A stretch of DNA of 49,950 nucleotides, from the IMG/VR virus record IMGVR_UViG_3300027986_000003, positions 1 to 49,950 of that record; one strand, given 5' to 3'. The DNA is from a virus. Its lineage: Duplodnaviria; Caudoviricetes. Position 1 is the stretch's first letter; each line of letters opens with the position of its first letter. Shown here one piece after another: positions 10,846-18,820 of the stretch. Under the pieces are notes generated by a model. It ran no database searches. It saw nothing but the letters and a program-made list of their open reading frames with translations, and was not told the DNA's origin. A program made the position numbers and the translations under genes.

Positions 10846-11217
10846 TTAGAAGGATGTTTTGTTTTCTTTATCAAGATAATCAATAGCTTTAATTAAAAGT
10901 TGTTTGTCGTCTTTGAAATGTCCTAGTCCTAAATTACAAGAGAAACAAAGCATTCCTCTTACTGTTTTAGAGTCATGACAATGGTCAACAACTAACTTGG
11001 TTTCTTTTTCACATATTGCACATCTGTTATTCTGATTGTTTAATAGTTTTGAATAAGCATCTAAAGATAATCCGTAATTGATTTTAAGTTTTTGTTTAAA
11101 GTTAAAGGCTTTTATTTTATCAGGATTTTTCTTGGCCCACTTACGCCGATTAATTCTAAGTTGTTCTTTATTTCTTAAATAAGACTCGTTACTGTAACAC
11201 ATTCTACTCAAAATCAA
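10846..11217 (-). CDS. Endonuclease VII family (HNH-type) nuclease
   Basis: CAIC...LVVDHCH...VRGMLCFSCNLGLG signature; AT-rich gene. Confidence 0.88.
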   Translation of the reverse strand: MILSRMCYSNESYLRNKEQLRINRRKWAKKNPDKIKAFNFKQKLKINYGLSLDAYSKLLNNQNNRCAICEKETKLVVDHCHDSKTVRGMLCFSCNLGLGHFKDDKQLLIKAIDYLDKENKTSF

Positions 11218-11350
11218 GAGGCTTAATAGGAGGAACTTTTATAAAACCCTCCTCAATAAGGAAAAGTAAGAGGTCTTCTTCCGTCTTATCGTTCAGTTCT
11301 AATAAATCGGAAATTGAGTATAAATCTAAAATTAGAGAGCAGGTTGTCAC
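11204..11350 (-). CDS. Small acidic hypothetical protein (48 aa, below the ORF-track cutoff)
   Basis: Manual translation MTTCSLILDLYSISDLLELNDKTEEDLLLFLIEEGFIKVPPIKPLDFE; fills an operon gap. Confidence 0.5.
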   Translation of the reverse strand: MTTCSLILDLYSISDLLELNDKTEEDLLLFLIEEGFIKVPPIKPLDFE

Positions 11351-11417
11351 TTAGTCAGTTGATATAAATATGCTGCGCCGATAACTAACACAGTCAGTAT
11401 GATTGCGAAACAAATCC

Positions 11418-11786
11418 CTACGACGCTTTCTTCCGTTTCTTTCGACATTTTCGTTTCTTCTTTATTTTAGGTGGAACTATCCATCCAGTTCCTCTTCGTA
11501 AATACGCAGCAGCTCTTTCAAATAACTCTGCATCTCGGTGTCGTCCGATAACTCGTCGGTTACAGAAGTGACATAGAAGCCCTCGGATTTCACCAGTGCG
11601 ATGGTCATGGTCAACGCAGAGTTTGGCTTTAAAGAGTTTAAACTCTCTTCCACAAACACCGCAACAATTTCCTTGGTTATGCAAGAGAGTTTCATATTGT
11701 TGCTCCGTTATGCCGTATTTACGTTTGAGGTGGTATTCGCGTTTGTTCAATTTAATTATTGTAAACGATTTTACCGGTCTTGTCAA
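11418..11786 (-). CDS. Endonuclease VII family nuclease (candidate Holliday junction resolvase)
   Basis: KRKYGIT...CGVC...LCVDHDHRTGEIRGLLCHFCN signature. Confidence 0.88.
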   Translation of the reverse strand: MTRPVKSFTIIKLNKREYHLKRKYGITEQQYETLLHNQGNCCGVCGREFKLFKAKLCVDHDHRTGEIRGLLCHFCNRRVIGRHRDAELFERAAAYLRRGTGWIVPPKIKKKRKCRKKRKKAS

Positions 11787-12612
11787 CCTCCGTCACGTCA
11801 GGTCGTCTAACGACTTTAGTGAGGTAGACTGGCCCTGTGCTGTAGAGGAAGGTTCTGAGGTCTGGGTTGCAACAATATTTGAAAGAGCTGTAACTTGCTC
11901 TTGTATCGAGTTTAATATTTCCAGACTTTCCGTCTGCGATTGTTCCACAACTACACTGAGGTGGATCAGGTCTGAGTACAATTTCTTTATAAGATTTAAT
12001 TCGGTCTGTAATACTGTCTCTGAGTTTGTGTTCATATAATGCCAGATGTCCTAATTGTTTATCGACAGCAAGGAGATATCCTCTATCCTTTATGAGAACC
12101 AGAGGGTCATCTCTTGATCCCAACACATAGCCATCAACTTGATCCAGATAACCAAAAGGATCATCCGAAGCAATCGTCTTGTCACGAAACTTGAGAAAGC
12201 TACGGGAAGCAGCAGATTTGACATCAACAACTGCGCCATCAATGACACAGTCCCGGTGCCCAAGAATTCCATCAACTGAGATTTCATCTTGTTCTCCTGT
12301 GACGTCATGACCTGCTGCCTTCGCAAGCCCGATGATCATGTGTTCTATGACATGCCCGTAGGCGTACTTTATTCGGGCGTAGGGTGGGAGAGGTTCTGCG
12401 AGTTCTGGGTGGTGGACTTCGTACCAGAGTGCACATGGGCACTTCGGTCCGAGCCCTGAGAGCCGGAGCCCTCGGTGTTCATGTTTTCCAAACGACCGCT
12501 GGAGAGCACTTGAAACATTAGCGGAAAGATTGGATGCAATATGATCCTCAAGACCATGTTCGCCTCCAACGTAGTTGTAGATGTCGTCTACTAGATTATG
12601 TATTGATTTCAC
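11752..12612 (-). CDS. PD-(D/E)XK (Cas4/RecB-like) exonuclease
   Basis: LRLSGLG..C..LWY, GHRDCVIDGAVVDVKS and GYLDQVDGY motifs. Confidence 0.8.
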   Translation of the reverse strand: MKSIHNLVDDIYNYVGGEHGLEDHIASNLSANVSSALQRSFGKHEHRGLRLSGLGPKCPCALWYEVHHPELAEPLPPYARIKYAYGHVIEHMIIGLAKAAGHDVTGEQDEISVDGILGHRDCVIDGAVVDVKSAASRSFLKFRDKTIASDDPFGYLDQVDGYVLGSRDDPLVLIKDRGYLLAVDKQLGHLALYEHKLRDSITDRIKSYKEIVLRPDPPQCSCGTIADGKSGNIKLDTRASYSSFKYCCNPDLRTFLYSTGPVYLTKVVRRPDVTEVDKTGKIVYNN

Positions 12613-13120
12613 GTTTTCGAAACTGTTCAGCTACGACTTCGATATGGATCGGAGTATAACCGATTTGTTCGACGCACGCAGACATGTAATGAGGATCACT
12701 CATTAGGTTGTTGTGGAGATGTCCATGAAGCATGTATTTGCCATCACGGAAATGTTCAAGAGGGAGTGGAATGTGTCCTGCAGTAAACTCGACACCACCG
12801 GTATAAAATCCATTCCATAGGAGGATTTTCTCGAAGTGTTTATGAAGTGCAGGGGATTTCAGATTGTCGTGGTTGCCAACGATAAGGCGTTTATGCCCGT
12901 TTAGAGATGCAAGGAGAAGAGATAGGTCTCTTTCATTGCCTCCAAATCCTAAAGCAACATCACCTAGGTGGTAAACTTTATCGCCGGGTTTGACAACACT
13001 ATTCCAGTTATCTACCAGACATTCATTCATCAAATCCGAGTTAGCAAACGGACGTCCGCAATACCGGATGATGTTGTCGTGGAAGAAGTGTGTATCTGAG
13101 ATGAACCAGATGTTTTTCAT
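12596..13120 (-). CDS. Calcineurin-like metallophosphoesterase
   Basis: SDTHF.H, HLGD, GNHD and HGHLH motifs. Confidence 0.9.
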   Translation of the reverse strand: MKNIWFISDTHFFHDNIIRYCGRPFANSDLMNECLVDNWNSVVKPGDKVYHLGDVALGFGGNERDLSLLLASLNGHKRLIVGNHDNLKSPALHKHFEKILLWNGFYTGGVEFTAGHIPLPLEHFRDGKYMLHGHLHNNLMSDPHYMSACVEQIGYTPIHIEVVAEQFRKREINT

Positions 13121-13404
13121 TGTCCGATCCGATGCATCAGGTAGTTATAGGCGGCTCCAACAAACGGATGGAGGACTACGCCTAGGATGAAGATTTCGAG
13201 GAAGGTAAAGAACTTCTGGCGCGACTGTGCAGCCTTCTTCGACGCTTCTTCTCGACGCTTACGCTTGTTGTTCTTGTCCAAGTCTTTCAGCCGGAGAGCT
13301 TCTCGTACGGCATTCTTGGCAATCTTCTGCAGCTCTCTACTATTAGGGCCGCGATTGTTCTGTGGGGGACCCCAGCCCCACGGAGGTGGGTAAGGGTAGT
13401 TCAT
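13117..13404 (-). CDS. Small basic protein with C-terminal transmembrane helix
   Basis: GAAGGAG RBS before the ATG at 13404; Pro/Trp-rich N-terminus, NKRKRREE basic tract, hydrophobic FFTFLEIFILGVVLHPFVGAAY. Confidence 0.75.
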   Translation of the reverse strand: MNYPYPPPWGWGPPQNNRGPNSRELQKIAKNAVREALRLKDLDKNNKRKRREEASKKAAQSRQKFFTFLEIFILGVVLHPFVGAAYNYLMHRIGQ

Positions 13405-13440
13405 GGTATTCTCCTTCTGTGGGAGGTTTATTACCAAAGG

Positions 13441-15090
13441 AATTAATTAAATGGAGGCGGGGTAGACGGTAGTGTCATACCCCTTGTACAACCTACTTCA
13501 TGAGAGCCTACGGTAATCTGCCGCTATGTTCTCTTTCGGTCCGCCTCAGTTGCTTAAGGTGGCTGTCCAAGGGTTTGTTCTTCTATTAAGACCCTCGTGA
13601 ATATCTTGAGGCTCTTATTCGTCATGGCGTTCTCCATTGCTAGAAGGCTTGACGTTACGACTTCGACTGTGGGTGTACCCTTTCTCAGTCTCGGACCCGT
13701 TCGTACCGATCACCAATGCCATACATCAGTGCGGTGGAGTCTATTATCCTACAGCACACGGTCGTGTAAGAGGCCGGTTCATGTCAGAGATGGTTGGTGA
13801 TCTTACTACACCATCGTGTGGGACTGTCTCCCTAACTCGCGGGTTGTCGGCTATAGCCATTGCTGGCACTTGTTCAATGCGTTTGAACTTCACGTGGCGT
13901 TGACGCAGCCTAACGTCCGCTGCTGATAGACCGTCAGTGCGGATAAAATGTAGTGACTAGTAGTTAGACTACCAGACGGTACATTTCTTCCTACGATTGG
14001 TTTTCCGTCTTCTCACCCCATCAGGGCACTAATTTACAGTTAGTGGGCGGAGGGCAGGTTCGTAGGGTATCTTAGATGCAGACCTGTTACGCAGGCTAAT
14101 GAGACCTGTTTGGGTGTGTGTCATGCATCGACTCACCTGAGTATTGAAGTCCTTGTGGGGATGTTTCAACCCGGCTGGTTTCTTCCCATACAGCAGTGCC
14201 TAGGTATGGTTCAGGGCCATACTTGCGCTTAAGAGGTTGGAGTACGTTTAGTGGATTTCTTCTCCACTAGCTGTCCTCTGACTGACTACTTCTTCCTGAA
14301 AGTCGGACTCGAACCGACATTCTACGGTTGCACCCGTAGTGCGTAACCTGCTGGGACGTCCAGATGTTTCATGGCCCGCCTTATTCAGCTTCATTCCGCC
14401 ATCTCAAGATTTGTAGCTGTGCAGTCAGGCTTGGGCTAACTTCCTGCAGGACGGGCTGTACCCGACACAGGGGTCGTCGCCTACTGTTTCCCAGAACCAC
14501 GTCTGGGGTTCGCTGTGCTTCCTATGCGGACTGTTAATGGCTTGTTTGCAAAGCCCTCCAAGTCTCGTCTACCAACACGAGTTGGAGTGTCCCTTATCCG
14601 TTCGGCGATCAGTTAGTCTACAGAGTTGATCAGCTCTCTACAGCTTGCCGAGTTCCTGATCGGCCATCAGGCATCATGAAGTCCCACCGATGCTCATGGG
14701 TTGCAGGACCATTCCTTGTCCAGCTGCGTACTACACCAGATGCTATCTCACTTGTAGTACGGGGTAGGCACACGGGGTTTGGAGCCCCGGCCACAGCCAA
14801 GTAGTTCACAACTTCTACTCTACGGCAGAGCTAGTCATACCGTGTGCTGGTGTACAGTTGTCTCTATCCGGTCCACAACCGAACGGAGGGCCATTAGCCA
14901 GAGACTAACGCCCTCCATCGGAGACAACAGGGACGTGATTTACACTATTGGCAAAAGAAATAAGCAGTCTAGGTCGCCAGTTATTCCCTCGCTAGGGCGA
15001 CTCCACGGCATGTGGTATCTCATGATGCGAGGCTAGATGTCTCCTTGTCAACTGCTCTGGGAGACCCACGGCTCTATTAACCAATTACTT
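13441..15090 (-). ncRNA. Candidate giant structured non-coding RNA (~1.65 kb)
   Basis: No credible ORF in an otherwise gene-dense arm; dense hairpins, long-range helices, several G-U pairs valid on the minus strand, nested tRNA-like domain, upstream extended -10. Confidence 0.7.
14294..14408 (-). tRNA. tRNA-like domain (U-GCA-A loop) with ~40-nt D-loop insertion and no encoded CCA
   Basis: Minus strand: CTTGAGA/TTTCAGG acceptor, TGGCGGAAT D-arm start, CTACG..CGTAG anticodon stem, GTCGG-TTCGAGT-CCGAC T-arm. Confidence 0.7.
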
Positions 15091-15096
15091 GATAAA

Positions 15097-15105
15097 AGTA
15101 TAACA
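15097..15105 (-). promoter_or_regulatory. Extended -10 promoter element for the candidate ncRNA
   Basis: Minus strand reads TG-T-TATACT; the -35 match is weak. Confidence 0.5.
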
Positions 15106-15236
15106 CATTCCGTAAGACCGTAAGCCTTGACTGAATGTGAGGTCGAGGTGACCTGTCAGGGCTAGAAGAATTGCTAATACGACAAGCATCCCTATAAACA
15201 TAGAGACAATACTGTCTAGTGCTTTAAGTACGCCCT

Positions 15237-15734
15237 TTACCATGGCTTAGGTTCCTCCGCTTGTTGAAGGGATTTAACGGCTTCCGCTTCCGCCGGTGGG
15301 AGGTCTCTAGTGGCTTCAAACGGAACTAGGTTATCCACACGGAGACTGTCCCACCGGACAGCAGCGTACTTGTACGGCGACTGTGGGGTAGACTTATAAA
15401 ACTCAACTCTACAGGTGACATCTGATCCCCACCCTACCTTATGACCATCCATGAGGACACCGTCTTTGTCGATGACTCTAGGAGCGGTAAAGGCTACGAC
15501 CTTACCACGCATCATCTTTTGAGGATCGCGGTGGAATGTGATGTAATCGCCGTCGTCGTCCCGTTGGATTTCATTCTTCAATCCCTCTGCCTTAAGCTCA
15601 CGAACTACTTTCATGCTTTCAGGGGTTGGGTAGAGAGTAATGCTCCAACGATTGTATTTGTTTAATGAAACGGCATGTATGAATTTAACCTTGCCGTGAA
15701 TATCAATTAATTTTGCTTTAGCCAATTTTTTCAA
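15237..15734 (-). CDS. Single-stranded DNA-binding protein (T7 gp2.5-like fold)
   Basis: IHGKVKF...WSITLYP...APRVID..G..VGWGSDVTCRV pattern; acidic tail ending in Trp; near the DNA polymerase. Confidence 0.7.
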   Translation of the reverse strand: MKKLAKAKLIDIHGKVKFIHAVSLNKYNRWSITLYPTPESMKVVRELKAEGLKNEIQRDDDGDYITFHRDPQKMMRGKVVAFTAPRVIDKDGVLMDGHKVGWGSDVTCRVEFYKSTPQSPYKYAAVRWDSLRVDNLVPFEATRDLPPAEAEAVKSLQQAEEPKPW

Positions 15735-15873
15735 TCTCTTTTACTAAGTACAATTCTGCGTCAGGATATTCTCGATCTGCTTCGTCAAGAATAATTAAAC
15801 GGGCTTCGTTTTCGTCTTCGGCATTGACTTCATAGTCTTTTTCAATCACTGCCGTTCCTACGTACATATTCAT
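15718..15873 (-). CDS. Small acidic hypothetical protein (51 aa)
   Basis: Manual translation MNMYVGTAVIEKDYEVNAEDENEARLIILDEADREYPDAELYLVKEIEKIG; coupled to its neighbours. Confidence 0.55.
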   Translation of the reverse strand: MNMYVGTAVIEKDYEVNAEDENEARLIILDEADREYPDAELYLVKEIEKIG

Positions 15874-16085
15874 TTACGTCCTCTTATAATATATCTTTTA
15901 AGATATTTTTCTAAATCTATATTAGGAAAATCAATATTTAATTGCTCAACAAATCTAAATAATCTCCTACTTCCTAACCATTGACCATCTTTAGTATAAC
16001 AATCAAATAAAAGAATTTCATTTCCTTTTTCATCCCACACAGGAATACAGTCAATATGTGTTAAAATTATTGGCTCTGTGGTCAT
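15870..16085 (-). CDS. Hypothetical protein
   Basis: 71-aa ORF with GGAG RBS, AT-rich. Confidence 0.6.
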   Translation of the reverse strand: MTTEPIILTHIDCIPVWDEKGNEILLFDCYTKDGQWLGSRRLFRFVEQLNIDFPNIDLEKYLKRYIIRGRK

Positions 16086-16486
16086 CAGATGTCTCCTGCA
16101 TAAAATGGAACAGGCCGGTTAAAGTCTCTAAGTTCTGTACCATCTAATCTAGCTATTGTAATTGTTTCTTTACAAATGCCGTTAACATCTTTTGAATTGA
16201 ATAGATAGATTTTATTTCTGTTAACCCAAACTCCGGCCAATATATCATAATCTTCTACAGAATACAAGCGGTTTGTTGAACCATGTTTGTTTCTAATTCG
16301 CGCTATATTAAATGCAGGATATTCTATAATAGATTTAACTTGAACACGTTTGTCACCTGCAATGAAATCAAAATGACTTTCATGGCAGTCTGGTGAAAAT
16401 ATTAAATGTCCTTGCTTACTGAAGTGTGCTTTAGCCAAATACTCAGCAGACATTCCTTTACGTATTGCTAATGGACCTCGTACCAA
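16085..16486 (-). CDS. PD-(D/E)XK homing-type endonuclease
   Basis: G..AE..A, FDFIA..KRVQVKS and Y....YDILAG motifs; overlaps the polymerase stop; AT-rich. Confidence 0.75.
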   Translation of the reverse strand: MVRGPLAIRKGMSAEYLAKAHFSKQGHLIFSPDCHESHFDFIAGDKRVQVKSIIEYPAFNIARIRNKHGSTNRLYSVEDYDILAGVWVNRNKIYLFNSKDVNGICKETITIARLDGTELRDFNRPVPFYAGDI

Positions 16487-18429
16487 TTCATACCTACTGT
16501 ATAATCTTTTCTATCTTCATTCCAATATGAACCAGCAAGAGGACAATTTAATTTTAAATCTTCTCCGACCTTAGTTAGACTATCAGCCATTATTTTAGCC
16601 AATTCAACCGCACGGTCTAAACTGTTACGACACTCCACAACCCATTCGTCATGGACGAAGTTAACGAGTTTAGCATCGTATAACGGTAGAAGAGAAAAAA
16701 AATACCTAGTGGCTAACTTCATACATACGGCTTCGCCGCATTGAAGATATCCTGACATAGCGAGATGTCTACGAGTTCCATCGGTGTCTCCGGGAATTCG
16801 CACCTTGCGACCATCCAACCCAACGAACCAGCCTCGCTTAGCATCTTTTGGAAAAACATCCCTTTTGAGCTTTGCCCAGCCGTGGTATCTTCCCATGAGA
16901 CGATCAAGAGCTTCTTGTGTTTGGGCTTCAGAGCAGTCCAATATCTCAGAAAGCTTAGCCATTCCGGCCCCCAATAGGAGCGCATAAATGAATCTCTTCG
17001 CAGCTGCCCGAGATTTACAGACACTACCAAGTATTCGCTGATTAAGCGAATGCGGATCGGTTTTGTCATCCTTCTTCCCCTTTACGAGAGCGTCAGTGAA
17101 TTCAGGATCGTTGATGTAATGAGCAAAGATACGTAACTGAATACCTTCGGCGTCACACCCAACTAACAGTCTATTTCGGGGGGCACACCATAGTGATCTA
17201 AGTTCTTTCCCAAGCAATTTACGCTTCCCAGCTGTATCAAATTCATTGGGAATGTTGGCAGTGTTTGGATTTTGATGCGCCATCCTGTGAGTCCATGCGC
17301 CAAGCGCATAGAACTTGCCGTGTATTCTACCATCGGGTTGAACGAGTTCAAGCCACTCAGTAAGTGTTCGTCTGCGGGACTCAAGAAGAATTCGTTTTGC
17401 CAACAGTCTGGCAGCAAGAGGGGCTTTAGTAGGCAAAGTTTCGAGATTGGTTTCATTAACCTTCCAACCAGTTTTTTTTAATTCATAAAGTCTTTCTTCT
17501 AAAGCTGCTTTATCAAATTCAGATGGACCGCCTCGGCCATACTTTATTTTACTAAATTCTCTTTCAGCCTCGATATGTGTCTTCGTCTTATCTACCGGCT
17601 TCCAGCCAGCTTCGTTAAGGACCTGTATGATTTGCTTGTGGCTACTAGGATTGAATGTACTCCAACTACAACGACAGAAAGGACCACCATTGTAATCAGA
17701 TAGGTCACCATCACCAAGCCAACGAAAGTCAGTGCGGTTAAGCGTGCCATAGGATGTAACCTTCGGATGGATTTCGCGTATGACTTTAAGTCTTGGAGGA
17801 AAAGCTTCCAATATCTCTTTGTCCAAATCGGCAAGTTCATAGGTCACCTTTTGTAAGAGGTTAGAAGCCCGTGTAGAGTTAAAGCAAAAACCATTATCGT
17901 GGAGATTATTGACAACCAACTGGAACCATTGTTCAAGATCAATAGAGCTTCTGTGGTCAGGATTGTTGATATAGCGAGAATACTTAGTATATATCTTGTG
18001 CGTGATATCGACATCTCTGACACAGTACGTCTCCATCTCTGGTGTGAATTTCGAGAAGTCAGTAAACTTAATCTTCTCAAAACCAAACTCCACTCCGTAA
18101 TCTTCTACAGAATGTCCGTCTCTGGAATAATCAACTAACTTACTGATTATGAGTGTGTCAATAACATCGCCCAAACTAATCTGGGTATCCAGCTCAAGGA
18201 GGGAACAGAGGACAGGCCAATCATAACCAAGAATATTGTGCCCGATAACTGTATGGCCCATTTCGTGCCATTCGCGAATAAACCTAATAAATCTTTCACG
18301 TTCTTGTTCTTTCTTCGTTAAATCATAAAATCTCAAATATTCACCGGTGTCAATGCACTTGAGGACCACAAGCCATATCCGGTCGGGTCTTTCTAAAGCG
18401 TTCGCCTCGATGTCAATTATATATTTCAA
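16468..18429 (-). CDS. DNA polymerase family A with 3'-5' exonuclease domain
   Basis: IDIEA, GHNILGYD and YCVRDV exonuclease motifs; motif A CDAEGIQLR, motif B RAAAKRFIY, motif C VHDE. Confidence 0.95.
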   Translation of the reverse strand: MKYIIDIEANALERPDRIWLVVLKCIDTGEYLRFYDLTKKEQERERFIRFIREWHEMGHTVIGHNILGYDWPVLCSLLELDTQISLGDVIDTLIISKLVDYSRDGHSVEDYGVEFGFEKIKFTDFSKFTPEMETYCVRDVDITHKIYTKYSRYINNPDHRSSIDLEQWFQLVVNNLHDNGFCFNSTRASNLLQKVTYELADLDKEILEAFPPRLKVIREIHPKVTSYGTLNRTDFRWLGDGDLSDYNGGPFCRCSWSTFNPSSHKQIIQVLNEAGWKPVDKTKTHIEAEREFSKIKYGRGGPSEFDKAALEERLYELKKTGWKVNETNLETLPTKAPLAARLLAKRILLESRRRTLTEWLELVQPDGRIHGKFYALGAWTHRMAHQNPNTANIPNEFDTAGKRKLLGKELRSLWCAPRNRLLVGCDAEGIQLRIFAHYINDPEFTDALVKGKKDDKTDPHSLNQRILGSVCKSRAAAKRFIYALLLGAGMAKLSEILDCSEAQTQEALDRLMGRYHGWAKLKRDVFPKDAKRGWFVGLDGRKVRIPGDTDGTRRHLAMSGYLQCGEAVCMKLATRYFFSLLPLYDAKLVNFVHDEWVVECRNSLDRAVELAKIMADSLTKVGEDLKLNCPLAGSYWNEDRKDYTVGMNWYEVH

Positions 18430-18647
18430 CTTATAGTAACTGCTGTCAATTTATCGGCAGGATCGCCGAAAAAATCATTGACTTCATATTGATATTTACC
18501 CTCAAACCAAGAGTTGTCAGGGTAATGGTAGACTTTTGATTTTTTAATCTCACTAAGGTCTTCCCATCCGCTTTCGTAGCCTCTTCCGAGGACACGCATA
18601 TTAGATGGGAATTCCTTAAGCTTGTTTATAAGCTCTTCTACAATCAT
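18426..18647 (-). CDS. Hypothetical protein
   Basis: 73 aa; N-terminus MIVEELINKLKEFP is common in small phage proteins; coupled to the polymerase start. Confidence 0.7.
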   Translation of the reverse strand: MIVEELINKLKEFPSNMRVLGRGYESGWEDLSEIKKSKVYHYPDNSWFEGKYQYEVNDFFGDPADKLTAVTIS

Positions 18648-18820
18648 GCAGCCACCTTAAAGATGCTGTCCATGAAGTGACGATACAGTTCTTTCTCGCC
18701 GTTGATCTCGGTCTTATACTTCGGATCATTCTTGGCAGAGAGGTATTTGATACTCTCCTGACACTGCCTCATGCAGTAGAAGGTAGCAGGATCAATCTGG
18801 ATCACGTTATTCTGGTTCAT
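18644..18820 (-). CDS. Small hypothetical protein (58 aa)
   Basis: Manual translation MNQNNVIQIDPATFYCMRQC...FKVAA; GGAGG RBS; coupled to both neighbours. Confidence 0.6.
   Translation of the reverse strand: MNQNNVIQIDPATFYCMRQCQESIKYLSAKNDPKYKTEINGEKELYRHFMDSIFKVAA

Noticed and set aside
11752-12612. Cas4 as part of a CRISPR system
   Set aside because: No repeat-spacer array or other cas genes are seen; stand-alone exonucleases of this type are routine in such phages.
13597-15036. Plus-strand ORFs 13597-13800, 13637-13903 and 14779-15036
   Set aside because: Opposite to the arm direction, no RBS, non-ATG starts and implausible composition.
13441-15090. 16S rRNA gene, tmRNA, RNase P RNA, or group I/II intron
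   Set aside because: rRNA-like words are short and out of order. I see no tmRNA ends or tag, no RNase P GAGGAAAGUCC, no group II domain V and no interrupted host gene.
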